Source of the DNA: Candidatus Bathyarchaeota archaeon
GTDB lineage: Archaea > Thermoproteota > Bathyarchaeia > 40CM-2-53-6
Direction of reading: 5' to 3'
Length of the DNA stretch: 64,000 bases
Assembly: GCA_963833125.1 (NCBI GenBank)
Contig: CAWHWX010000001.1
Coordinates: 345,702-409,701, forward strand
Shown: piece by piece, positions 52,373 to 63,200 of the stretch
Layout: every line of letters starts with the position of its first letter
How positions within the stretch are numbered: position 1 is the stretch's first letter
Notes under the pieces: model-generated
Seen by the model: the letters and a program-made list of their open reading frames with translations, nothing else
Told to the model about the DNA's origin: nothing
Database searches by the model: none
Made by a program: the position numbers and the translations under genes

Positions 52373-54022
52373 ATGTCTAAGCCAGCCGTTTTTGTCAGGG
52401 AAGCAACCGGACTAGTTCGATCCATGTCCGCGTGGGATATGCTGTTTCTTAACATAGTCTCTTTCGGAGGAGCTTGGTCGATAATCTACGCGCTAGAATA
52501 CGCCCCTCTCTATGGTGGCAATGTACTCGCAAGTCTGGTGCTTACAGCGCCTGGAATCCTCGCTTTGTTGGGCGTCTATTACATTTTCCAAGTGAGTATG
52601 CCGAGATCTGGGGGAGATTATGTTTTCATTAGCCGGATTATCCACCCGGCAGTTGGTCTTGCAGCAAACTTTGCCGGCTACACTTTCTTCCTCTGGTTCT
52701 GGATTGGTGATGCTGCGGACGTTTTTTCGAGCCAAGGACTTGCCCAGACTCTAAGCGTGTATGGGTCCTTGACTGGGCAGCAGTGGGCCACTAATGCCGC
52801 GGCAACATTCACACCTTTGACTACTTTCCTGGTAGGTACCGTTGCAATTATCATCTTCACACTAATCGTGATGTTCAGTACCAAGTTATACTTCCGAATT
52901 CAGAACATCTGCATGATAATCGCCATCGCGGCCATTGTAATCATCGTTGGTTTATTGGCTAGTACTAATCCAACCTCCTTTGCTACCGTATTCAACAACT
53001 ACGCCACTTCACAAGGGGTGTCACTGAGTCAGGGTGCTTACGGGAACTTTACCGCAACTGGCAATTCGTACTGGGGGGGTTCGCTTCCAACTGATCTGAT
53101 GTCGACCTTCACCCTAGTGCCTCTCTGGTTCACTGTTCTGTTTTGGGTTTATGTTTCAAATTACCTAGCTGGCGAACTCAAGAACGCTAGAGCTAGCGCG
53201 AAGACTGCGTTGTTTGGAAGTTTCGCAATCATATTCATCACTACCGCGGCTGTCCTAGGATTAGCCTACAACAATTTGGGACCACAATTTCTAACTGGTG
53301 CAGGATACTACGCCTTCGGTTACGTTACGAATCCCCTTCCAGTGATACCCAACCTCACTCTCTTCGCTTCATTACTAGCAAATAACCCACTTCTCGTCTG
53401 GTTCATCGGAATCGGGGTGATCGCTGGATTCATCCTCGTTACGCCCCAATGTATGCTTTTGATGTCTCGAATCGTGTTTTCCTACTCCTTCGATCGACTC
53501 GCCCCTAGCCTTTTCACAAACATTAGCGAGCGATTCCATACCCCCACCAATACGATCCTGGTCGCTGCCGTTGGAGGCGAAATTTTCCTCGCATTCTTGA
53601 GTGGCGTCGTAGGGCCCTCAACTTCAAACTACGCATTCCTACTCTACTCATACGCTGGACTAGCAGCTGTGGGCGTTACGTTTGTATTCATCTCAATCTC
53701 CGCGATAATGTTTCCCTACAGACGCAAGGAACTCTACGACACAGCCTGTCCGATCCGGAAAAAGATCGCCAAAATCCCAATAATCACTTGGCTGGGGATA
53801 ATAGCGCTGGCCTACTCACTCCTTACGATTGGATACTACTCATACAACTATGTTTTCTACTTCGGAGCGGGCACGTTAGCTGCGAATCTCTACTTCCCAT
53901 TCGTAGGGGGAGTGATAGCCCTATTCGTAATTTGCCTAGCATGGTTCTACGTGGTGAAGATCATTCGAAACCGTGAAGGCATACCCTTCGAGAAGGCGTT
54001 TCAACAGATACCGCCGGAATAA
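52373..54022 (+). CDS. APC-family amino acid/polyamine permease
   Basis: FVREATGLVR, MPRSGGDYVFISR, FEKAFQQIPPE. Confidence 0.9.
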   Translation: MSKPAVFVREATGLVRSMSAWDMLFLNIVSFGGAWSIIYALEYAPLYGGNVLASLVLTAPGILALLGVYYIFQVSMPRSGGDYVFISRIIHPAVGLAANFAGYTFFLWFWIGDAADVFSSQGLAQTLSVYGSLTGQQWATNAAATFTPLTTFLVGTVAIIIFTLIVMFSTKLYFRIQNICMIIAIAAIVIIVGLLASTNPTSFATVFNNYATSQGVSLSQGAYGNFTATGNSYWGGSLPTDLMSTFTLVPLWFTVLFWVYVSNYLAGELKNARASAKTALFGSFAIIFITTAAVLGLAYNNLGPQFLTGAGYYAFGYVTNPLPVIPNLTLFASLLANNPLLVWFIGIGVIAGFILVTPQCMLLMSRIVFSYSFDRLAPSLFTNISERFHTPTNTILVAAVGGEIFLAFLSGVVGPSTSNYAFLLYSYAGLAAVGVTFVFISISAIMFPYRRKELYDTACPIRKKIAKIPIITWLGIIALAYSLLTIGYYSYNYVFYFGAGTLAANLYFPFVGGVIALFVICLAWFYVVKIIRNREGIPFEKAFQQIPPE

Positions 54023-54074
54023 TCTGACCTAGCGACCACCGCCAAACCAATCGTTTGAGGAAGCCGTGGGTCGT

Positions 54075-55235
54075 ATGTCAAACTCCGTATTCGTACTTGG
54101 GGGAGGGCGAATGGGAGAGGTCGCCGCTCGCGACCTCTGTAGATCAACGTTGTCGACGAAGTAATCATTGGTGACATTGATATTACCAGAGCAGAGCATG
54201 CTAAGAGCACTATTGCGTCTAACAAAATCAAAGCCGTGAAGGTTGACGCGACTGATCAAGCTAAGATAGTTGAGAAAATCAGCGCATCCCGAGTCTTGAT
54301 CAACGCCGTGTGGTACGAACACAATTTGGACGTGATGAAGGCGGCGATTCAAGCGAAAGTTCACTATAATGACCTTGGGGGCCTCTTTCACATGACACGC
54401 AAACAGATGGAACTCAATAACGCTGCCGAGAATGCAGGAATCACGGCAATTCTGGGAGGAGGAGAAAGCCCGGGAATCACAAACGTAATGGTTGCTCTCT
54501 GTTCGAAGAAACTCGATAGTGTTCAGAAAATCAAAATCCGCAGTTGGAGGGACGGAGATAGGAAATAGACCTGCAGAGGACCGATTGGTTTTCCCATTTG
54601 CGGTTTCAACCGTATTCGACGAGTACTCTAAGACCCCTGTTATGTACTTGGACTCAAAATTCCAGGAAGTTGTCCCGCTCTCCGGAGATGAGATAGTAGA
54701 ATTCAAGGAGCCAGTTGGCAAGAACACCTGTCATTACTCCATCCATTCCGAAATTGCGACACTGCCGCTGAATTTCAAGCAGGCTACAGACGTCGACTTC
54801 AAGCTCGGCGTTTCTCCGAGAATCTTCAAAGCGATTAGGCCCATAATTGAGGCTGGGTTAGATGACTCCAACTCCATCGAAGTGAAAGGGATGAGTGTTT
54901 CACCTCGCGATTTCGCGATAGGCTACCTCCAGTCCCGTTCCAGCAATGAGGAACCAGAAAGGTGCGTTGCCCTGAAGACGGAAGTTGAAGGGGTAAAGGA
55001 TGGGAGAAGAACGATTGTAATCTCTGACGTTGTGGGGAGACCGGATCCAATATTCGGGGTAAAGAACGGCACGGCTCTTCTAACCGGTGTCGGCGCGTCT
55101 ATTGTCGCTCAGATGATCATGACTGGAGCCATAACAAAGAAAGGAGTGGTTGCTCCGGAAACCTGCGTTCCGCCTGAGGAAATGTTTTCCGAACTCGAAA
55201 AACGAAACATCCAAACCTCGATTACAGTCACGTGA
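54075..55235 (+). CDS. Saccharopine dehydrogenase family oxidoreductase (two frameshifts)
   Basis: MSNSVFVLGGGRMG, YNDLGG, GESPGITN, HSEIATLP, GVVAPE. Confidence 0.85.
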
Positions 55236-55570
55236 GCCTCTATCCGTGACGAAAAGGCCGGATCAATAAGTAAAGAAGTAGCTCATCTGTCCAAAAGGAA
55301 GGGAGCGAGTTTTACGGTAGACGTTACTCTGCGGTACCTGCTGCATAACCTCGCGGCAGCCTAAAGTTATATTGCGCATTTCCAAACTCTGCCGAAGAAG
55401 ACAATCGTACTCGGGCGAGATTCATGCCCTCAAATGACAAAGATATTTTCTATTTGAAACTTCAATGGATTTCTGCGAAAAACGACACTGAACGAAAAAA
55501 TCTGGCCGAAAAGATACGACAACGTTTGTCCGAGAAAAGTACGAGTGCAAGCCAGTAGGGCCACACTCGA

Positions 55571-55957
55571 TTGTCAACTTCTGCCCGTCCGTTTGCAATT
55601 AAACTACTTGTCGCATTAGACCTGGTGCTAGGCATACTCTCGCTTCTGCCCTTGTTGATTCCAGAAATTCGGCCGTCGCCAAGATTTGGCATCGCCAGTG
55701 ATCTGGGGTCAGTAATCTTCGCTTTGATCTGTTTCATATTGGCGTATGGACTTTGGAGTAGGAGAAGGTGGGCTTGGGTCGTTTCCCTCATATTCTCAAT
55801 TCTCGGCATAGCGCTTCTCATATTCACACTGTATGCAAGGCCGCGCACGGGCGAATTTGTTGCCTTGATCATAGACCTGGTAATTCTGTACTTGCTAATG
55901 CAACCCGGAGTGCAGCGCTATTCCGGAAAACTTTCACTGCCCCAAGCCCCGGCTTAG
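55571..55957 (+). CDS. Small membrane protein
   Basis: 4 TM segments; LAYGLWSRRRWAW. Confidence 0.65.
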   Translation: MSTSARPFAIKLLVALDLVLGILSLLPLLIPEIRPSPRFGIASDLGSVIFALICFILAYGLWSRRRWAWVVSLIFSILGIALLIFTLYARPRTGEFVALIIDLVILYLLMQPGVQRYSGKLSLPQAPA

Positions 55958-55998
55958 GAAAACATGATGCTCGGTTATCTGCATGAGGAAGTGTCTTC

Positions 55999-56970
55999 AT
56001 GAGTGGACTGAAAGTCGATCTACAAGCGATTGAAGACGCCAGCCGGAGAATCGCAAACGTAGCCTACAAGACGCCTTTGTACTATTCTCCGGGCCTCAGC
56101 AATCTCACAGGCGCCAAGGTGTACTTGAAGCTTGAGTCCTATCAACCAATCCGCGTCTTCAAAGTCCGAGGTGCGGCAAATAAGATCCTGAAACTTTCAC
56201 AAGAGGAACTAAAACGGGGACTACTCGCTGCTTCATCCGGGAATCATGGACTGGCGGTTTCGTATCTTGCAAAATTGACGGGAACTAAAGCAACGATAGT
56301 AGTGCCAATTACCGTCGTCGAGGAGAAAGTGAGAGCGATCGAAGAGTACGGGGGAACAGTTATCAAACATGGCCTATTCCATGACGAGCGTTACGCTAAG
56401 GCACTTGAGATTCAGAAGATGTCTGGTGCCGTTCTTATCCCACCCTTCGACGATCCGGACATAATTGCGGGACAGGGAACCATTGGACTGGAAATCCATC
56501 AGGACTTACCAACCGTAAGCGCGGTCATTGTCCCGATTGGTGGAGGTGGCCTCATTTCTGGAATAGCTACAGCATTGAAGAGCTTGAAGCCGGAAATGAA
56601 GATATTCGGAGTCGAACCTGAGAAGGCCTCGTCGATGTATCTTTCAGTTAAGAGCGGGAAGATTACTCGACTAACAGACACAACCTCCATCGCGGACGGC
56701 CTGGCAACCCGCGAACCAGGAGTGCTTACGTTCGAATGCGTAAAGCGCTATGTGGATGAAATTCTCCTGGTGAGTGAAGAGGAGATCGAGAAAGCCGTTT
56801 TCACAGTAATGCGAGAATGTCATTTGATCGTTGAGCCATCAGCCGCTGCAGCCGTCGCGGCTCTCGTTGCGAAAACTGATCTCAGAAAAGATGCTGAGAT
56901 CGTGGTGGTTGTAAGCGGGGGAAATATCTCGCTTAAAATATTATCCAGGATTCTGTCGAAATATAGCTAA
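55999..56970 (+). CDS. ilvA: Threonine/serine dehydratase (PLP-dependent)
   Basis: FKVRGA, ASSGNHG, AGQGTIGLE, PIGGGGLISG, SGGN. Confidence 0.85.
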   Translation: MSGLKVDLQAIEDASRRIANVAYKTPLYYSPGLSNLTGAKVYLKLESYQPIRVFKVRGAANKILKLSQEELKRGLLAASSGNHGLAVSYLAKLTGTKATIVVPITVVEEKVRAIEEYGGTVIKHGLFHDERYAKALEIQKMSGAVLIPPFDDPDIIAGQGTIGLEIHQDLPTVSAVIVPIGGGGLISGIATALKSLKPEMKIFGVEPEKASSMYLSVKSGKITRLTDTTSIADGLATREPGVLTFECVKRYVDEILLVSEEEIEKAVFTVMRECHLIVEPSAAAAVAALVAKTDLRKDAEIVVVVSGGNISLKILSRILSKYS

Positions 56971-57248
56971 CCTTTGAACCCTATCTGAAACATATTTTCT
57001 AGGTCGTAGTTGCTGTACGACTTGAATGCGATCAATGTCATCGTTCGCGTTATGCCCTTCACCCTTGCAAACCGTTCTGTAACAACCCCGGTCAGATCTT
57101 CAGCTTCTTTCACTCGGACTATTGCTACGAGGTCGAAGTCGCCTGCGATCGAGTAAACCTCTGTTACGTCGGTGATTTTGAGTAGTTCCTCGGGGATGGC
57201 AGCAATACGGTCCCTTTCCGCATTCATCATGACAAAGGCAGTGATCAT
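56967..57248 (-). CDS. Lrp/AsnC ligand-binding domain protein
   Basis: EVYSIAGDFDLVAIVR...GITRTMT. Confidence 0.82.
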   Translation of the reverse strand: MITAFVMMNAERDRIAAIPEELLKITDVTEVYSIAGDFDLVAIVRVKEAEDLTGVVTERFARVKGITRTMTLIAFKSYSNYDLENMFQIGFKG

Positions 57249-57321
57249 TGACGACGCCTAACCAATCTAGGTCCGGCGAGCCAGGTTCTTAAATTCTAGC
57301 TATTCCAGCTTCACGAACAGT

Positions 57322-58180
57322 TCAAATCTTCTTTTCGAAAACAAGGCAATGTTTTCCCCATGGGCTCCGCCTGAAACCGCATTTCCCTGCAATTGAAAGT
57401 TGGTAGGGTTCATAAGGTATGTATGAGCTCAGGATCTTCGCGCCAAGTGCCCCTGCTATATTCTTCGCGCTATTCATTGACTTTGGCACGGGTCCGGTCA
57501 GAATTGTTAGACTACTCTGAGGTTCCTTGAATCTTATCTCCGGCCTTGTTACGAGAAAAGCGGAATCCCCCGCAACGTAGAGCTCACCTTGCCTTTCCAA
57601 TTGCCTAAGCAGACGCTCTGAGCTTCTCATGAAATGCGGTCCACGCGCTATGTAGCCATTCATCTTGCTTGAGTAGCTTGATCTCAGGAATAATCGCAGT
57701 TGAGTGTTGGAAGCAAAAGTTGGGAATACGGACTGTGCCTTCTTCTTTACTCTTAGACGGCAGGAGACGTGGGCAGCCTCACATACTAGCTTGAATCCAC
57801 CCTTTTCGCAGGCCTTGATTGACGCCTTATTCTTCGATAACGCCCATAGCCTTAGAGGGCCTAGCCCTTCCCCTTCGCGTAGTCAACGATTTGCTTTTGC
57901 AGGAAGATGGCTACTCCACGTCGACGCCAAGCGGGATCTGTGCGCGCCATGCTTAGCCATCCGCTGCGGTCGACGCACTTTTCGAAGTTAGTCATACCTA
58001 CGAGCTCGGATCCTTCCCAAGCCAAGAAGAGTTAGCCATGGGCGATGACGTTGGAAAGTATCTTGAATACGTAGTCATATGGGCCGACCGCTCGGCGACA
58101 AAGCCTAGTTATCGAGCGTAGGTCCGATTGCTTCGCTATTGTGCGTTTGAATTGAGGTTGCCTCGTCTGAAACGCACCGG
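57322..58180 (-). pseudogene. GNAT acetyltransferase, disrupted by a stop codon and frameshifts
   Basis: LFLAWEGSELVG...WLSMARTDPAWRRRGVA read manually; C-terminal part in ORF 57322-57663. Confidence 0.6.
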
Positions 58181-58186
58181 ATTGGG

Positions 58187-59410
58187 TTACGCCGTGGCGA
58201 CGTGAAGGAATACTTTCCGTCGTTGATCATGTTCTCAATTTTACAGTATTCATTGGGCTGATGAGCCATGTCGTCGAGCGTTGACCAAACGGCAGTTTGG
58301 ATTCCCTTGCGCCTAAAGTACGCTCCCACAGTGCCGCCGCCGATTCCGATTGCTTTCGCGTCTAACCCACGCAACTGTTTCAAAGCGGCCTTCAATCTGA
58401 CCACAATTGGGCTGTCGATTGGGGTCGGGCTCGTATTTTGTTCCTGTTGAATGGGTTTAACTTCGATCGCTGCACCAGTTTCCTTTTCTACCCTCAACCG
58501 GAGTAGAGTCAATTTCTTTCAGTACGTCAACGAGAGGGTAGCGTGGAAGAATTCGACAGTCGAAATATTGTACGTCAATTCCAGGAACCGTGTTGACATT
58601 GTCAACATTCGCATCGCATTTCGTCGGTTCGAAGGTTGAGGGTTGTGGATCAAATAAGGGGTCTTTAGCGGGATATTTGGAGTGCAGCATCTCGTCGAGT
58701 TGAATTGCAAACTTCATGCCTGCGCGGCGGGCGTTCAATCCTCTCTCAGGAGTGCTACCATGGACCTGCATGCCTTTTGTCGTGATTCGCAGCCAGAGTA
58801 TGCTTTTTTCTGCGGTTTCGATTTCTGAGCCATCCGGCTTCCCGCTGTCGGGTACCAGAGCCATGGATGTTGGCTTGAATACGTTTTTCTCAAGAAGCGG
58901 AATAACTCCGTACTTGCTTCCGGATTCTTCGTCGGAGAAGAGAACAAGGCCAAGAGTCATTTTCGGTTTAATTCCCAGCGTTTTGATCGCTTTCATGGTG
59001 AATAGAGCTGAGCAAACCGATTGCCCATTGTCCTCTGAGCCCCTCGCGAAGATCTTGCCATCCTTTACGACCGGGACGTAGGGATCGGTTGCCCAGAGTT
59101 CACGTGAACCCTCAGGAACAGTGTCTAAGTGCGCGGCCAACCACAGGGTTCGACCCGCATCCTCACCCTCTATGATAGTCGTGAGGTTTACTCGGACGCC
59201 TTCTGCCACGCGATTATCAGGAATATCGTACCTCATTACCTTCAATCCATTCTCTTCAAGCCATTTTTTCACGAAGAGAGCACGGTCGTATTCCCCTTTT
59301 CCTCCGAAATCTGGGTTTACAGCCTTGATCTTTAGCATGTCGACCATGAATTTCGTCATGTTATCGCGGGACTGGTCAATCCATTTTATAGCATCAATTG
59401 AGTTCGCCAT
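58187..59410 (-). CDS. M20 metallohydrolase (DapE/ArgE-like; frameshifts)
   Basis: AHLDTVP, RGSEDNG, DEESGS, HGSTP, GGGT, AHQPNEY. Confidence 0.88.
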
Positions 59411-59477
59411 CGAGTTTCAGCCCAATTGAATCGAGGTTGGCTTTCGACCAAAAGATAAAGCTTGACTACTGCAGGCG

Positions 59478-60062
59478 GTGATTGTGACTGGCCAGTTTAC
59501 CTTGGATTCTCTCAGGAATCGACTATTACCTCAGAGTTCAGTTCGGGAATCAGGAGAAGGGCCTCCAGTCGCCGCCGTAGCGATTATCATCAACCCAGAT
59601 GATCGTGGCGGCTCAGTGCTTTTCATTAAGAGGACTGAGCGGAGGGGAGATCCGTGGTCAGGACAAATTGCGTTCCCGGGAGGACGCAAATCGCCTAGAG
59701 ACAAGGATTTTGCTGAAACAGCCGTCCGAGAGACATGGGAGGAGGTTGGAATACAGCTCAGTGGCCACGAATTACTTGGCCACTTACCAATCGTGACCAC
59801 GAGGTCTCGACGGCTGCGAGTGTTGCCTTTCGTCTTTCAACTCAAATCAACCGTTAGTATTCGTGTAAACGAAGAGGTCGCTGAGGTGTTCTGGATACCG
59901 TTGAGCGATCTGAAGAGGCTTGAGGTTGAGAGTCGAGAAGTTAGAGTTGACGAAGGTACCTTGTCAGCTGATTCCTATGTCTATGACGGTCACGTGATAT
60001 GGGGATTGACCTTCAGAATAATCAACTTGCTCTTAGACAGAGAAACCCAAACCGACTTGTGA
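59478..60062 (+). CDS. Nudix hydrolase (CoA pyrophosphatase-like)
   Basis: WSGQIAFPGG...TAVRETWEEVG, IWGLT. Confidence 0.88.
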   Translation: MIVTGQFTLDSLRNRLLPQSSVRESGEGPPVAAVAIIINPDDRGGSVLFIKRTERRGDPWSGQIAFPGGRKSPRDKDFAETAVRETWEEVGIQLSGHELLGHLPIVTTRSRRLRVLPFVFQLKSTVSIRVNEEVAEVFWIPLSDLKRLEVESREVRVDEGTLSADSYVYDGHVIWGLTFRIINLLLDRETQTDL

Positions 60063-60136
60063 AAGCGTTCTAGTCAAGCGAATTGATAACTAAAATAAGA
60101 AAAGAAGAGGCGGAATATGCCGCCCCCGTGGCAGCC

Positions 60137-60217
60137 TTAAGCTACCATTTCCTCTTGTCGAATGTTCTTATCGTGCTCAGTACCCAACTTCATCTTAACT
60201 TTGCGTTTCTTAGCCAA
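60137..60217 (-). CDS. 26-aa small protein, copy 2 (MAKKRKVKMKLGTEHDKNIRQEEMVA)
   Basis: GGAGGTG SD, TTG start, TTAAATA box, GGCGGCATATTCCGCC hairpin plus T-tract. Confidence 0.8.
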   Translation of the reverse strand: MAKKRKVKMKLGTEHDKNIRQEEMVA

Positions 60218-60761
60218 CCCCAAACACCTCCACAAATCTTCTAGAAGCAGGCTATCTGTGTTCAACGTATTTAACGGGGCCTGGAGAAAAAGTAAGAAAG
60301 GGAGAATATTCCTCATTTCTACCGGGTAGAGAGTAAAGTCTTCACGCGCAATCTCTCTACAGGTCAGTAGGATCTAGAACGGCAATGACACGAATTAGGG
60401 TGAGTCGCCCTCTCTGAAAAATCCAATCCACCTATTCTACCAAGTGGAACCATCAGCCGGTCGAACCACCTATTCCACCTAGGCTTATCACATTTCGCAC
60501 AGGAAATACTTGGTTTACCGGTGACCGCGGGTGTTAAGTGAGCAATACACGACGGAGGTTACACAATTCAAATGTGGTTTCTGTGGGTTTGTTTACAGCG
60601 ACTTAGAAGAAGCAGAACAGTGTGAATTACAGTGCGTCACGCGTGCTCCGCGTCAGTAGAGTTGAAAGAACGCCGTTTGCAGGCAACTAGCAACTAGTCG
60701 AGAACACGGCAAAATTCACGTCGTCCGTGCGACGTTGTCTTATGACCTTAGTATGCTGCGT

Positions 60762-61231
60762 TTACTTTCTTTTCACTGGGACCTGAACTTCCGCGTTAGC
60801 CCAGCATGTGGGTTGCGCCATGGGTTTCCGTTGTATACCTCTCGGCCTTGGGTCGTGTCTTTGAACCCTGCGTATCTCAACCATCCATAGATCCCCGAGT
60901 AGACTAGGCGGGGCGAGACTTTGTCAGGGTTGAATGTGACGCTGGCGACTTTCTGTGCGGGAAGAGTCTTCACTTTGATTCTTCCTTCACTCGTCGCCTT
61001 TCCCTTGATTTGGAGGCAGGCTTCGGACCGAAGCTTGTTCATCGGCCTACGTCCACCCGGCTCATCTATGAAAAAGAGCATCCATTTCCCGGTTCGGAGT
61101 TTTTTCTTGTTTGCCCATTTTACAAGTTGGCTGAATTCAGACCGGAGCATATTGCTCTCGTATGATCCAACTCGGAGCATAGAAGCTACTTTGTATGCAG
61201 GAGCACGTTTGACTCGAATATCTACTGTCAA
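60762..61231 (-). CDS. GyrI-like small-molecule-binding protein
   Basis: VKTLPAQKVAS...YSGIYGWL...REVYNGNP; C-terminal frameshift. Confidence 0.72.
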
Positions 61232-61297
61232 CCGCGATCGGAGATGTATCTACTCGCGGGGGCTATTAATGTGTAGGTACCCGAGTTCTCTTCTCGA

Positions 61298-61636
61298 TTA
61301 CTTGCGTTGTTTGTCCGCTAGCTCTTGAAGTAGTTTAGCGTGGCGGTCCTCGTCTTCCATAATCTTGTCGAAAGTCTTACGAATTGAAGTCAGCATTCGA
61401 ATGTGGTTTTTCGAATCTTCAACGATACCCGTGAGAGTTGACTTAACCTTCTTGTCTGCACTCTGGTTTGCCAGTTTTGTATAACTGTCTATGATGTCTT
61501 GTTCGACCGCAAGCCAGTAACTGACATTCTCGTCTATCACTCCATGATAACCTGACTCAACATCTTTCTCAGCTTTGACGGCTTGATCTAGGGTTTCGAT
61601 GTCTTTGATTATTCGTTCTCTTCCTTTCTCACTCAC
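61298..61636 (-). CDS. Ferritin-like helical hypothetical protein
   Basis: EQDIIDSY...EDSKNHIRML...EDEDRHAKLL. Confidence 0.55.
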   Translation of the reverse strand: MSEKGRERIIKDIETLDQAVKAEKDVESGYHGVIDENVSYWLAVEQDIIDSYTKLANQSADKKVKSTLTGIVEDSKNHIRMLTSIRKTFDKIMEDEDRHAKLLQELADKQRK

Positions 61637-61730
61637 CAGTAATCCCTCATGATCTGCTTAAGGTAACTTTCAGAACATTCAGATTAGGGTGTTGAGCAAA
61701 TTCCGGCTCTGGCATGATGTCTTCGCTCAT

Positions 61731-63200
61731 TCAGGAGATCCTTCCCAACAGTAGCCACGGAATGAACCCTGTCAACAGGCTGAGAAGCAGCAGTAGCAGC
61801 GGCGAGATTGTGAGTCGCCAAGATGTTTTCATTTTCTCGCTTTGGTCTGAGTGCTGGGAGACTGCAGTAATAATCTTGGAGTAGTATCCTACTGACAACG
61901 CAATGTTCAGGACTACGAATACGGCGAGTGCATAGAACGAGAGTTCGTTGGTTGCAAAGAGTGATTGAATGATGAGTAATTCACTCCAGAAGGTTCCGAA
62001 AGGTGGGACACCTATCATACCGAGCGAGGATAACGCGAAAGTTCCTCCCAGAAGCCTGTTCTGGCCGAACAGTCCCTTAATCTCGCTCAGCTCAGACGCT
62101 TCGTACCTCTCACCCTTCTCGCCGGTGAGCATGAAGAAGGACGACTTGACCAGACCGTGGTTCCAGATATGAAACACAATCGCCACTACTCCAAGAACGG
62201 AGAAAGTTGCGAGCGCAGCTAACATGTATCCAACGTGGGCTATGGAACTGTAGGATAAAAGACGCTTAACGTTACTTTGCCCCAACGCGCCCAAGTTTCC
62301 GATGAGCATGGTCATTACCGCTACGAGAATGAGCCCAAGCTGAAACGTAACTGTTAGGCTCTGCGAAACTTGTATGTGTGGGATAACGAATGTTGGGTTA
62401 ATGATTTTGATGAGCGCGTAAACCGCCGTCTCAGTTACAACGCCGGCTAACGTCGCGCTTACAGCCGTTGGAGCGGCAGAATATGCGTCAGGTAGCCATG
62501 TGTGTAGCGGAAATATGGCAGCCTCTACGCCCAGTCCCGCAAAAAGTAACGCTAACCCGAACGTGCCTAATCTCGGGTCGCTCTGAAATATTGTGGGCAG
62601 ATCCTTGAGTTGGATGCTACCTGTGAGGGAGTAGATTATCGAAATACCGAAGAGCGCAATTAAACTCCCGGCACCAGCGAGGAAGAGGTACTTCAAAGCT
62701 GCTTCAAGTGAGACAGCGATCTTCTTTCTCCAGGCGACCAAGCCGTACGCAGCAATGCTCATGCCCTCCCAGAAAAGAAACAGGGTCAGAAGGTCCCCCG
62801 CCACGATTATTCCAACAAGTGACAGTAGGAGAATCAGGAGTAGGGAGAAGAATGGGCCGACATTTTCATTAGGGTTTATTGTTGTCCAGGCATAGAAAGA
62901 GACGGCCGTCCCAACAGCGAGAACCGTGAAAATTACGAAGACCCCGAACTTATCTACGATGTACAAGCTCGCGAGGTTCGATTCAACAGGGCGGAGGGAT
63001 ATCTGTCCCGCAATGCCCGTGGACCAGTTAACTAATACATCAACTAGTGAAATGGCTAAGGCTGTGGTGCAAATTATTCCTCCCGCGTACACCCTCCACC
63101 TGTCGGTGTACTGTTTAGCTAGGTCGATTAGGAGGCATGCCATGGCGCCCGCGAAGAGGATCTCCATGATGTCGGTTAACCACAAACTCATACACCCCAC
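61731..63200 (-). CDS. Proton-conducting membrane subunit (NuoN/MrpD family)
   Basis: FLFWEGMS, EAALKY, PLHTWLPDAY, KRLLSYSSIAHVG, GVPPFGTFWSE. Confidence 0.88.
   Translation of the reverse strand: MGCMSLWLTDIMEILFAGAMACLLIDLAKQYTDRWRVYAGGIICTTALAISLVDVLVNWSTGIAGQISLRPVESNLASLYIVDKFGVFVIFTVLAVGTAVSFYAWTTINPNENVGPFFSLLLILLLSLVGIIVAGDLLTLFLFWEGMSIAAYGLVAWRKKIAVSLEAALKYLFLAGAGSLIALFGISIIYSLTGSIQLKDLPTIFQSDPRLGTFGLALLFAGLGVEAAIFPLHTWLPDAYSAAPTAVSATLAGVVTETAVYALIKIINPTFVIPHIQVSQSLTVTFQLGLILVAVMTMLIGNLGALGQSNVKRLLSYSSIAHVGYMLAALATFSVLGVVAIVFHIWNHGLVKSSFFMLTGEKGERYEASELSEIKGLFGQNRLLGGTFALSSLGMIGVPPFGTFWSELLIIQSLFATNELSFYALAVFVVLNIALSVGYYSKIITAVSQHSDQSEKMKTSWRLTISPLLLLLLSLLTGFIPWLLLGRIS

Noticed and set aside
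60330-60760. 430-nt intergenic gap as a hidden gene or ncRNA
   Set aside because: Only a short CCACCTATTC duplicate was seen; no ORF with an SD motif and no recognisable structure.
2396-61231. Many frameshifted genes (lpdA, pdhC, lipA, oppA/B, glyA 3' part, TSUP, DUF99, M20, dehydrogenases) as programmed frameshifting or mass pseudogenisation
   Set aside because: Those examined are single-base indels with no shared slippery motif and occur in housekeeping genes; long-read consensus error is the simplest explanation. Only the 31-nt glyA insert is different.
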